Positions 45,750 to 61,187 of a stretch of 64,000 bases of DNA are shown piece after piece; positions within the stretch are counted from its first letter, which is position 1, and every line of letters starts with the position of its first letter. The notes under the pieces are model-generated. The model was not told the origin of the DNA. It worked only from the letters and a program-made list of their open reading frames with translations, and searched no databases. Source of the DNA: Eledone cirrhosa (Eukaryota); the NCBI GenBank assembly GCA_964016885.1, contig OZ024740.1, positions 332,816,001-332,880,000 on the forward strand, given 5' to 3'. A program made the position numbers and the translations under genes.

Positions 45750-46422
45750 GCACACACATACATACAAAATACACATACGGACACAAAATTACATACACAC
45801 ATACACACACACACACATATACATATATATACAAAAAAACTACATGCATACGCAAACCCACACATATACATACATATATACATGCAGACATATATACATC
45901 TACATATACATACGCACACGGACTGCCACATGCAGACACCTGCACATATGCATATTTGCTTACACATATGTTTCCACATATACATATATAAACAAAACCG
46001 TAAATTAAAAATACATTATATAATAAAAAACACAATATACCATAAAATAACGGTAAAATTACATGACATAAAATATAAAATATCAATATAATATACAATA
46101 TAATGTATATATATATATATATAATACACATGTACACACATTCATACATACATATACGGATATATGATAAAATAATAGAAAAAAAATAATAGTCATGAAC
46201 TGTAAATATATACTCCATATATAATCATCCGTACACATTCCTGTGAGATGTACATAAACATATACATGTATACACAAATACACATACACATATATAGAGG
46301 CCCACATACGCATACACCCGCACTCATACACACATATATATATGTATACACACATACGCACCCACATACACACACATACTCATACGTAGCTATGCTTACA
46401 TACACACACACATATATATATA

Positions 46423-46461
<39 letters not shown>

Positions 46462-47157
46462 TCTGCCACATACTTACATACATGTACATGCCTGCACACA
46501 CACGCGCTCATAAGCTCATACATATACGTGCACATGCCCATCTACACCCCCCCCCCCATACGCACCCACGTATATATATATATACACACACATACATATA
46601 CCTACGCGCAGGCCCACACATAAAAACACACAAATATAAACACAATAGGATATTAAAATAAAATAAAATAAATAAATTTACAATATTTTAGGATACATTA
46701 AAATCTGTATGTAACTTCATAAATAGGTACATGAAAAAATGGGTAAATAAAAAACGTGTATCCATGTCATATACTACACACAGGTAGTATGAGGTGCAAA
46801 CGTGTGTCCGTATATAGTAACAGTTTCAAGTAACAGTAACAGAATAATAATAGAACAATAATGACAGTAATAATGATTGTTCCAAAGTGGAACATGTGGA
46901 GAGTATAATGTCACGATTGACGGGGTACACATTCAAGGGGACGCCCGGCCCGGTCACCATGGGGCATGGCACCGTGGCTGGGGTGTGCTGTTCTATATGT
47001 TTGGGGTATCAGAGCGGGCGGCCGTGGGCCCCGTGTTAGCCGCTCCCGGCCCAGTCGATGTATCATCCAATGGTGTGTGCTCAGTCAGGTACGCACCTGG
47101 TTTACATATGTTTGCCTCACGTGTCGCACACTGTCATAGGGGCATGGCGTCAGGCCT

Positions 47158-47965
47158 CTAAACCCGTTGGGCCGTTCGGGTCTGTGTGTAGCCGTTCCCA
47201 TGCTCCCGGCCTGCGCCACCCGGAGGATTCCATGCTGCAAATGTAAATCTTCTCTGGTGTCTGCAGGTCATGATAATTTTAGACTTCAGGTTGACGGCGT
47301 CATCTTTCAGTCTGACTATCTCCGGGGCCTCGTGTAGGCATAATCGGCACTTTCTACTTCCAGCCGAATATGCCCTCGCGTGGCGACCGATACTCCATTC
47401 CAGGGCGTACGGAGTGCCTTGGTCTTTCAAGTCCCACACCAGGTCCGCTAACCTAGTGGAGTGCCTTTTGCTACGGTCCCTGAAGGAATTCGTGTGATTA
47501 TACATCCGCGATTTAAAGGTCGTGGTTATTTCGCCGATGTAGGTGCGATGCGCGTTTTGGGTTGTAACCACACACTTGTATATTAGGTCCTTCATCAGGC
47601 ATTTTCCCTGTAGGGGGCACCGGGTGCCCACTCTGCAGTTACAAGTTCTGTTGTCAGTTCTTATGCATCCGATGTCCGGGCCTCGATCTGTTATGGCCCT
47701 ATCAATGTTCTCAGGTTGTTGTACCGCCGACACTGTTGTCTCCCCCATGCCACTATTTCCCCCTCGGCGTTGGACCACATGACCCTCCGTGGACGCTCTT
47801 GTCGCCTCGGAGGCCGGGTTGTCATTTGGGGGTAGCTCTCTGGGTGGTTCTCCGCGCTCCGAAAGACGGTCACTCTGTCGCCGCGATTGACGGCCAGTGT
47901 GCGCCATCTTCACCGCGTTAGATTTACCCATGTAGTCGGCCATATTAGGTGCCGTGGAGAAGGAA
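47158..47965 (-). pseudogene. GIY-YIG endonuclease region (inverted arm)
   Basis: CNCRVGTRCPLQGKC..LIYKCVV..TYIGE..FKSRMYNHTNSF..CRLCLHE..CRH. Confidence 0.9.
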
Positions 47966-48039
47966 ATACCGCCTATGGATGCACCATAGCTACCATTATA
48001 CACAAGTATATACTACGCTCCTCCACAAGTAGAGCGCTT

Positions 48040-50930
48040 AATTCAATTACTCTTCCTCCCTGAAAGACATACCGATCCCTTCTGATAACACGTACATGGG
48101 CCTGCTGATATACCACACCAACTCGTTCATCAGACGCATGAGGTGGAGCGCATTTCACCACGACAGGCGGACACAAAACACGCGCCCGACGCCCCTCAGG
48201 ACCGCCTAAAGCGGATATTTAGATCGAGAAGACACCCACCGCATAATGCACAGCTGGAGAAATTTGAAAACCGTATAATCAACATAGTTCTTAATATCAA
48301 GTTCCATAGGAATAGTGCACGGCGGACCAAATATCTCAAAAGTCTCAGCTCCACCATCAAAAGTATGGAAAAATGCCAGGATTTACTTATGCCCTCGGAC
48401 AAAACTGGTAATGAATACATGCTCGACCGTTTTACATACAACGACTGCCCCGCAAAGAGATTATGAAAAACTATAGGACCACAGGACAGACAAATTTAGA
48501 TAATATTAACGCCACGACAAAAAGTATACTGACGAGGCTAGGACTAGATGATAGGGCCGAGGTATATGTACCTAGAAAACCACGGATATCTATTAAGGAC
48601 CATAAATTAGACTTTAAAACAAAACTACCGGTTAGGTTAATAGTACGCTACAAATCTGACCTAGGCAGGACCAGCAAGAATATTATAGATAGGATACTAC
48701 CGGTACTTAGAAACAAAGCTAAGCTTAGCCTATGGACCTCCACTAAGGAGTTAATTAACTGGTTCTCGTTAATAGGTGACAAACATCAAGTAAATGTTTT
48801 TCAGTTAGACATAGATAGCTATTCCGCGTCAGTATCTCTGATACTAGTCAATAAGGCCCTCATAAGCGCCATGGCCAGATCTAGCCTCACTAGGGACGAG
48901 ACCAACCTCATAGTAGCAGCCAGAAAAACGCTAATTAGATTCGAAGACAAGTTATAGGAGAAGAGGGACAGATTCGACACTTTCGATATTACCATGGGGT
49001 CGAGTGACTCGGCGCAGGTGACCGACCTTGTGGGGATATATCTCATCCATAGGCTAACGGAGGAGATCCCGGAGATCGGAGGTGGAATATACAGAGACGA
49101 CAAACTTTACACCTTCCGTTCCCTTAAACCCAGTCAGATAGAGCGTATGAGGAAGCCCATATCGCATTTTTTTTAAACAACACGGCTTATCCGTGACAAT
49201 AGACCCTAGCACTAAGACGTTCAATTTCCTGGACGTTACCTTGGAAATGAATACGGGATTCCACAGACCGTACCATAAGCCCCAAAAAAACCTGCAATAT
49301 GTGAACAGGCAATCGAATCACACTAAGTCAGTCATAGAAGCCATAGTTAAAGGGGTATCCAAACGCGTATCCACCCTGTCGTCGAACGCAGAAGTGTTTA
49401 AACAGCACACCAAATATTATAATGAAGCACTGCGCCGGGCCGGTTACACAGACACCATACTATATACCCCGGACAGAGTAGAGCCAAGTGATGAGGCGTG
49501 CAGAAATGCCAATTGCGAGGGCGCCTCCTTAGGTAGAAGAAATGATCCGGTAGCAGTATCCAGGAACAGAAATAGCAACACAACTAGCATTAATGATAGG
49601 ACCGACCGGAGGTAGGACAAAGGCACCCATAGGAGCCAGACCACCGAGTACGCGGAGACATGGGCCTGGTACGCACACCGCATGCTCCGCGGTAACTGGA
49701 ACCAGGGACAAGACATCGACAAATACGGACGGGGCACACGCCAGGGAGCACGCCCAGCCTGGCTGTAGTGGTACAGCACCGACAGCAGCATCACATAGAC
49801 CTAAGGGGAATAGACGTATAGCTGACCACATAGAACGACGTAGCTTTATAACTATAGGGCATAACCCGATGCCCATAGCGGTCAAATAGATAGAGACAAC
49901 ACACGGGATGTAATTGTGGTTGGGCCGAGCACGGGACGGACATCGAGTCCTGGACACACCAACAAGAATCCAAGCACACGAAGGAACAGATCTAAGGCCG
50001 TTCCTTGGTTTTATCAGCCTTACTCCAAACATGTACGCATCAACGTGCCAGGACTTTTTTTCCGAGCGTTGGATGAGTGCTTTCCGCCGAGGAAAAAGTA
50101 CCATAACATCTTCAACCTCCACACGGTGAAGTTTTCCTTCTCCACGGCACCTAATATGGCCGACTACATGGCTAAAACTAACGCGGTGAAGATGGCGCAC
50201 ACTGGCCGTCAACCGCGGCGACAGAGTGACCGTTTTTCGGAGCGCGGAGAACCACCCAGGGAACTACCCCAAATAACAACCCGGCCCCCGATGCGACCAG
50301 AGCACCCGCGGAGAGTGATGTGGTCCAACGCCGAGAGGGAAATAGTGGCATGGGGGAGACAACTATGTCAGCGGTAAAACACCCTGAGAACATTGAGAGG
50401 GCCATAACAGATCGAGGACGGAAATCGGATGCATAAGAACTGAAAACAGAACTTGTAACTGCAGAGCGAGCACCCGGTGTCCCCTATAGGGAAAATGCCT
50501 AATGAAGGACCTAATATACAAGTGTGTGGTTACAACCCAAAACGCGCATCGCACCTACATCGGCGCAACATCCACGAACTTTAAATCGCGGATGTATAAT
50601 GACACGAATTCCTTCATGGACCGTGACAAAAGGCACTCAACTAGATTAGCGGACCTGGTGTGGGACCTAAAACACCAAGTACGCCCTGGAATGGAGTATC
50701 GTTCGCCACGCGAGGGCAGACTCGGCCGGAAGTAGAAAATGCCGACTATGCCTACACGAGGCCATGGAGATAGTCAGACTGAAAGATGACGCCGTCAACC
50801 TGAAGTCTGAGATTATCATGACCTGCAGACACCAGAGAAGATTTACATTTGCAGCATGGAATCCTCCGGGTGGCGCAGGCCAGCGGCATGGGAACGGGTA
50901 CGCACTGACCCGAACGGTCCAACGTGATTA
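48040..50930 (+). pseudogene. PLE RT plus GIY-YIG polyprotein, frameshifted
   Basis: NYSSSLKDIPIPS..FIRRMRW, PSDKTGN, IKDHK, FQLDIDSY, MGSSDSAQVTDLVG, GGIYRDD, FNFLDVTL, WFYQPYS, LIYKC..YIG. Confidence 0.9.
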
Positions 50931-51641
50931 GGGGACCTGACGCCATGCCCCCATGACAGTGTGCGACACGTGAGGCATACATATGTAAACCAGGTGCGCA
51001 CCTGACTGAGCACACAACATTGGATGATACATCGACTGGGCCGGGAGCGGCTAACACGGGGCCCACGGCCGCCCGCTCTGATACCCTAAACATATAGAAC
51101 AGCACACCCCAGCCACTGTGCCATGCCCCATGGTGACCAGGCCGGGTGTCCCCTTGAATATGTACCCCGTCAATCGTGACTATATACTCTCCACATTATT
51201 ATTATTACTCCAATCATTATTAGTGTCATTATTGTTCTATTATTGTTCTGTTACTGTTACTTGTTCTATACACGGACACAAGTTTGCACCTCATACTACC
51301 TGTGTGTAGTATATCACATGGATACACGCACCTTCTCCTGTACCTCCTCCCCGTTTTTTATTTACCCCTTTTTTCATGTACCTATTTATGAAGTTACATA
51401 CAGATTTTAATGTATCCTAAAATATTGTAAATTTATTTATTTTATTTTATTTTATTATCCTATTGTGTTTATATTTGGGTGTTTTTATGTGTGGATCTGT
51501 GCGTAGGTATATGTATATGTGTGTGTATGTAGATAGATATATATATACGTGGGTGTGTGTATATGGGCACGTGTACGTATATGCATGAGCTTATGCGCGC
51601 GTGTGTGTGCGGCATGTACATGTATGTAAGTATGTGGCAGA

Positions 51642-51673
<32 letters not shown>

Positions 51674-51674
51674 A

Positions 51675-51719
<45 letters not shown>

Positions 51720-51920
51720 ATGTACGCATAGCTACGTATGAGTATGTGTGTGTGTATTTGTGTGTACATGTATATGTTTATGTACATCTCACAGGAATGT
51801 GTACCGATGATTATATATGGAGTATATATACATTTTATTATTATTATTTTTTTCTATTATTGTATCATATATCCATTGTATATATCCGTATATGTATGTA
51901 TGTATGAATGTGTGTACATG

Positions 51921-51982
<62 letters not shown>

Positions 51983-52049
51983 TATGTGTGTATATATGTG
52001 TATATGTAATTTTGAGTACGTATGTGTATTTTGTATGTATGTGCGTGCA

Positions 52050-52130
<81 letters not shown>

Positions 52131-52913
52131 ATCAGTGTGTGTATATATATAAATGTATATAAGGTGTGTGTGCGCGCGTATGTGTGTGTATATGTGTATA
52201 TTTGCGTAGGCCGTGCTTGCGGACGGGATATATGGTATAACTTAAGCAGCCGTTAAAAGGCTTGTGGCGGTATGTATCAAGAAGTGGGTGTGTCTGGGTC
52301 CGTAGACGTCAGGGAGAGCGTGTGTGTGTATATATACATATATGTATATATACATATATGTATATGTGTGGGGTGGAGGTGTCTACGCATGTATGCGTAC
52401 GTGTGTGTATGTACGCATGTGACTGTGTCTGCTGTGTGTGTATATATGTGTGTGTATTCGTATCTGTGGGTGCTTGCTCTGGAGTGAGAACAGACGTGTG
52501 AGATACTGAACCCAGCATGACTCCATTGAATTGTGTCGGACGGAAAATGGTTGATGACCCGTGCAGCAGTAAATACTGACCAGAACTTAAGATGACGTGG
52601 AGTAACAACAGCCAATGGCATGACAAGAGTGGAGGAGGTTTATTGAGGGTGTTCTTTGATGATAACACCCCAGTGATAAAATTTGCTCCGAACGAACTAC
52701 CCGCGCTGAAGGAACCTGCAGCCGTAGAATCAGCCAGATCCATACAGGGACCATGTCTCGAGCTACGTGCCGGCGAAACAAGCAATAAATTGAGTCCAGA
52801 TGCATCACTGATCTTTCGTTTTCTTCATACTACCTAAACTCTACTCTGCTGAATATTGAGTACTAATTTGGGCATACCGCTTATTGAAGCACCATAGCTA
52901 CCACTATACACAA

Positions 52914-53037
<124 letters not shown>

Positions 53038-53414
53038 AGGAAAAATATAAAATGAAAGTGCTTTTTTTAAAAAAGGAATTTATTAGGTATTGACATATGT
53101 TTCTGTAACAGACTGAATACCTATGTATCGCTGCTTGCGTAATGATATAATGTTAGCAAGTATTCGATAGCAAATGTATAATCAGTTGTCACTTCTTCAG
53201 AGATTTTGGATAAATTAGATAAAATCAGAAAAATTGAAGTATTTATATTAGTAATAGAGGAAGAAACAGAGGGGATAGTATATGACAGATGGTAAATTAA
53301 TTTACTGCTAAACAAGTATATAATGGGTTTCTAATGAGAATACCATATATATATATATTTATTTATTAAAATAACAGATTAAAGTTTGGATTTTAGTCTT
53401 GAAATTTATTATTA

Positions 53415-53477
<63 letters not shown>

Positions 53478-53739
53478 GGCTGGGGTTCTAAGGCCTTTAA
53501 CTCTTCAAGAAGCGGCCAAGGAACTTGTAAGATCTCCATGGTGTGGACGCGGATAATTTCAAGGAACATGTTGAAACTCTGCTATTCAGTATCCCAGATG
53601 AGCCCATAGCACGGAAGAAGTGCAAGCTAAGGGCAGGAGCAACGAAATCATTCTTAAACCAAAGAGCAGCCACACGGGCACCACACTGCCCCACTTTGTC
53701 CCAAGCCAGATGGCTGGAACAGGTAAGAGATTAAAAGAG

Positions 53740-53740
<1 letters not shown>
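53478..53740 (+). mobile_element. CR1-group LINE 3' end fragment
   Basis: ..DLHGVDADNFKEHVETLLFSIPDEP..RAGATKSFLNQ, a CR1-like C-terminus. Confidence 0.6.
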
Positions 53741-53772
<32 letters not shown>

Positions 53773-53777
53773 ATATA

Positions 53778-53990
53778 ATGGTAGGACACTGGAAGGTAAT
53801 ATCCATACTGGTAGAGCACTCAGTCCATGGGACGAGTTAGGTAGAAGTGGTTACACAACAGTTAGTTCACCATACCGAGAACAATTGTTTCATCTTAGCC
53901 AATTGTTTCACCTCAGCTTCGGAGCTGAGGATCCGATAAAGTGAAACAATTTTTCTCGTTATGGTGAACTAACTGTTGTGTAACCACTTC
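53778..53990. mobile_element. PLE-type family E fold-back (opposite orientation)
   Basis: Matches 2707-2916; CTGAGGA 53925-53931 and GAAA 53943-53946. Confidence 0.75.
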
Positions 53991-53996
53991 TCTCTC

Positions 53997-54692
<696 letters not shown>

Positions 54693-54760
54693 CCAAAGTT
54701 TAATATATATATATATAACCAAAGATTAATATATATATATATATATATATATAACCAAAG

Positions 54761-54804
<44 letters not shown>

Positions 54805-54927
54805 CCAAAGATTAATATATATATATATATTAATATATTAATATTATATATATATATATATATATTAATAGAGAAAAGCTTCTACAGGACTATGACTGTT
54901 TCATTTGTGTGAAATCATCCGAATGAA

Positions 54928-54978
<51 letters not shown>

Positions 54979-55108
54979 GAAAAGCAATCGAAAATACAAC
55001 TGGAGTCTTTTTAAGAATAATATATATATGATCGATGATTTATATTATATAACAAAACATATGTACAAATAGGTAAGCGTCCTCCTTGATTGCTAATTAT
55101 TTCATACA

Positions 55109-55145
<37 letters not shown>

Positions 55146-55400
55146 CATACATCTATATATATACAGGATTAGTTTAGACCATCTATGGTTACGTATGACC
55201 ATGTGATTTTCTCCGAGACACAAGCCGAGTAAAATTTGTGTGTGGAAGACCTACATTCAAAAATGCATACTTGTCTCCTATTTCGAGCAACGTATTTTGT
55301 CCAAACTAATGGAACCTGTGGTGTCGCAATTCATTTCTACAGTTGAGTAAACTGGGGCGACATGTTCAAGGACAGAACAGATATATACATACATATATAA

Positions 55401-55481
<81 letters not shown>

Positions 55482-55482
<1 letters not shown>

Positions 55483-55667
55483 GTTATTCCGGGTTGAATC
55501 GGAGGTAACCACAGTAAGTAAGGTACTCAATACATAGCAGAGTATAACAGTTTTAATATAGATGAGATTCTACAGGACTAGAACTGTTTCATTCATTAGA
55601 AATCATCAGATTCCTGATGATTTCTAATGAATGAAACAGTTCTAGTCCTGTAGAATCTCATCTATAT

Positions 55668-55670
<3 letters not shown>
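55482..55670. mobile_element. PLE-type family I fold-back with HHR
   Basis: CTGATGA 55614-55620, GAAA 55633-55636, GTC 55645-55647. Confidence 0.8.
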
Positions 55671-55704
<34 letters not shown>

Positions 55705-55707
<3 letters not shown>

Positions 55708-56709
55708 CGAACGAAACCCTAATGGGTAGAAACGTAATCCTGGTATGTGTTTATGCATTTTTTCTTCTAACTTTAATTTTATACATAATTGTGTATGGTT
55801 GACGGTATATTTAATCGATTTCCACGTGCTATTGAAATGCTGGGTAAATATTTTATAGCTGTTGATTGCGAATAGATAGCTGTAGTTTATTTATCTATTA
55901 TTTCTTCATAGGTGCCTTTTAATCTTATAGCCTGGTTTAATTGTTTTTTTTTGTGTGGATTATTATGCTAATTGGGCGAGGAACTGGAGTATATACCTTA
56001 TCAAATGATTCTATGGACATAATTTATAATATATTGCTCTGATTATTTAATTTATTAATTCATCATTGAGCTACATCGTGAATGGTTGCCAAAAACGTAT
56101 ATATCTATGACTTTGTCTAGTTTGTGTATATGTAAATCTTTATATTTGATAATCTTCCATAAGGTTGAGATGCAATTTAGGCAATATTAGGCTGAGCTTT
56201 CTAGCAACCAGCCCACTCGCCGTAAGGCACCAATCACATTCTTTCTGACTTGACCACTTCCACGTAACAATTATAAGCCATTTTGAATTCATTTCTGGCG
56301 GGGATCATTTAAGAAAAATCTTCGTCCTAGTGCGTTTGTTTCCTGATGAGTTCGAAGCTCGAGAATTTATCTTTGATAGGATATTTCCGAAAGCGACCGA
56401 AACCCTAAAGGGTAGAAACGTGATCCTGGTAAGTGTATATGCATTTTTTCTTCTAACTTTAATTTTATACCTAATTGTATATGGTTGACGATATATTTAA
56501 TCGATTTCCACGTGCTATTGAAATGCTGGGTAAATATTCTATAGCTGTTGATCGCGATTAGATGTTTATAGTTTATTTATCTATTATTTCTACATAGGTA
56601 CCTTTTAATCTTATAGCCTGGTTTAATTGGTTTTTTGCGTGGTTGATTATGCTAATTGGGAGAGAAAATGGAGTATATATCTTATCAAATGATTCTGTGG
56701 AAATTTATA

Positions 56710-56710
<1 letters not shown>
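55705..56710 (+). mobile_element. Non-coding partial tandem repeat with HHR (retrozyme-like or non-autonomous PLE, family O)
   Basis: 55705-56030 repeated at 56391-56710; no ORF; flanked by (TA)n. Confidence 0.75.
56338..56419 (+). ncRNA. Type I hammerhead ribozyme (family O)
   Basis: GTTTC-CTGATGA(56343-56349)-GTTCG...CGACC-GAAA-CCCtaaaGG-GTA(56412-56414)-GAAAC. Confidence 0.8.
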
Positions 56711-57868
<1,158 letters not shown>

Positions 57869-57869
57869 G

Positions 57870-58005
<136 letters not shown>

Positions 58006-58290
58006 CATATGTGAGAGAGAGAAAGAGAGAGTGACAGGGAGAGATTGTATTATTTGTTGCATCACCAACCCAGAAGCAGATCGATGATAGAATCGAGTTC
58101 ATGAGTCCTATGTTTGACCTTGCACAAATCGTTTGCGAAACTCGCGCAACAGTTTGATACAGAAATAACTAAATACATGTAAACGAAACATCGTCTTTAA
58201 TTATATATATTTATACACATAGGTGTGCGTATTTATGTATATATATTTGTATATATATACATATAAATATTTATTTTTGTATATATATAA

Positions 58291-58360
<70 letters not shown>

Positions 58361-58489
58361 GTTATTCCGGGTTGAATCGGAGGTAACCACAGTAAGTAAG
58401 GTACTCAATACATTGCAGAGTATAAAAGTTTTAATATAATTCCTGATGATTTCTAAAGAATGAAACAGTTCTATTCCTGTAGAATCTCA

Positions 58490-58528
<39 letters not shown>

Positions 58529-58911
58529 TAAAATAATCTTTGCATTTTAGTCTTCAGATTTATTATCATTGCTATATATATATATATATATATATAGATA
58601 TATATATATCAAAATGAAAATCCGAAGGCAAGGTAAAATTCCAATAATTTAATCACGACACATGTTACAATTAGAGATAGATCGATTGTGAATCCATGAT
58701 CGTTTATCACTGATCTCATCAGCTGAAAATGAATTGTCTTCAAATTCTTGATATGAGGGAGGAAAAAACGATGTTCTCTCACATAGTTCATTCCCTCATA
58801 TGTTTCGACACACGATTTCATATCAAACACCTTGCAAAACAAATTCATCGCCTTTATATATATAAATATATATGTATCTATCTATTTATCTATCTATCTA
58901 TATATATATAC

Positions 58912-59014
<103 letters not shown>

Positions 59015-59343
59015 TGTGTGTGTGTTTGTTTGTTTGTGTGTTTGCGTAAATCTATCTATCTATCTATCTATTTATATATATATATTTATATTTATGAATC
59101 TATCTATCTATCTCTCTTTCTATATATATATCTTCTGGGATGGACACACGCGTGAAACTTGTTGGGTAAGTTCTGCCTAAATTTCTATAGAAATTCCTAA
59201 CTGTGAACTTTGATTTTTATACCAATTTGTAGAGGGACTGCGAGGTCAAATTTTGATCTGCTCAGTCTCTCAAAATATTCTAGGCTTTTAGGCGAAATAG
59301 TTCACAAACATTTTTTTGGGGAAAAGCTAACATTTAACAAAAA

Positions 59344-60947
59344 ATGGCTGAAGCTTCTTCACCAATATTCGAAGGAGGAAAGGGGAAGATATGCATACAG
59401 CCTCCCCCTGCCACTGTTATAGTAGCATTTGTCAAAGACAAAGGTCAGCCAGAGGAAGGATTTTCTCCACCTGGTGACCTACAATTTGACGTTGCCATGG
59501 CAACAAACCAAAAGTGTGAAACAAGGAACAAAAACAACACAACCAGCGGCACCAGCAACATCAACAACAACAATGCTATGAACGAAAACAAAAACAATAA
59601 CAATAACAACAAGAAGACCAATAACTGCAATAAGGAAGTAAACGACAAAATATCGTTTGCGCAAACCGTAAAGAAAACGGTAAGCTACACTCCCGTAGAT
59701 ATTTAAAATGCAAATGAGCTTTTGAATAACGCCAGACAGTACATAACTTTTGGGGAGAACGGATTATTCTCCATAAACTCTCCCCCAGATTTGCGAAGAG
59801 AAGCTGACTTGAAAACTGTGGTTTTCAGGACAGTCTCAAACAAAACCCGAAAACCGTCTCAACTTTCACAAGTCGAAACTGAGTTGGTTTTAGAAGATGC
59901 CTTAAATGACATTGCTTTCATTCAGTAGGGTAGACACTACGAGAGTTTATTCTGATGAAAGACCAACTGACGGCACAGAAATGCTCTGTGTCGCCAATTG
60001 TGTCACCGTTGTTCACCTTTTTCCCCACTTACATGCGGAAAAGAACACAGAAAATAAAAATCCAAAGTATCACACCAAATATTGATATTTGGTGGGTACT
60101 ATGTGGATTTTAAACCTCGAAAAAGACACACAATAATATCGGTAGGTAAGTCCTCCTTCGACCTGTTCAGCGGATCTAGCCTGGAAATTCTGGTCCAAAT
60201 GACACCAGAACGAATAGCTAAAATCCCGGAACGTGAGCTGCTGGATGGGCTTATATACATAAACATTTCGGTCGAGGGTAGGCGGCCCTCATGTTACCAC
60301 TGCCTAAGCAGGGGTCACCTGAGTGCTTCTTGTCCTCGGCTAACTAGACAAAAAAGGGCATTACTGCCAACACCTGCAACACCAGCACAACAATCACCAC
60401 ACCACCACCACAACAACAACATAAAAAAAGTGACAACAAAACAAAAGACACAGTCCCACCTAAAACAACTCCAGAAACACCCACACACATAACAGGTCCC
60501 ACAAATGTACCCCTCCCAAACAACACGGATGAGGCCTCATCATCGTCAACCAGTGACGATGAGGGAGAGACTTTCCGAGCAGTAAAAAGAAAAAGAAAAG
60601 ACATAACAAACACAAATGCAAGAAACACACAAACACCAACACAAGCGACGCAAACAGCACAAACAAAAACACCCGCTTCTGAAAACAAAACACTTACTAC
60701 AAAACGTAAACACACACAAGAACTACAGACAAAAAGCAACATAACACAACAAAAATGTTACACCTACATAAATACTAACAACAAAACTTTAACAGACACC
60801 ATATATAAAACCCTTCGGTGGAGACCGATGGCGAAACTTTTTCTTAAAATGATTAGGATCTCCATGGACACACATAAACAGTTAAAAGAAAAATTTCCTA
60901 ACGACGTAGGTAACCCCGGCGTCAAACCCTATAACCGCGTCCTTTAG
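59344..60947 (+). pseudogene. Tx1-like ORF1 (zinc knuckle), disrupted
   Basis: SFAQTVK; VEGRRPSCYHCLSRGHLSASC (CX2CX4HX4C); low-complexity T/Q/K tail. Confidence 0.75.
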
Positions 60948-61187
60948 AAATGTTTCCCCACCCTCACTCCAGACACCCCCACCCCACCTATCACCCCCTC
61001 CACCCCCACCCCCACCCCCATATCACACCTCTCCCCGCCAAACATCTCCGTCCCCACCCCACCAGAAACCACCACCCCACCAAACAACCCCTCCAACACC
61101 CCCATCCCATGGAAATTGTGCAGCCTGGTCGCCAGGCGACAAAGAGGTGAGTGATTTCTGTTCCTCTTTTAACTTTTCAGCACCAAC

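Noticed and set aside
54691-54816. CRISPR-like repeat-spacer array
   Set aside because: The spacers are pure (TA)n, the context is eukaryotic and there are no cas genes.
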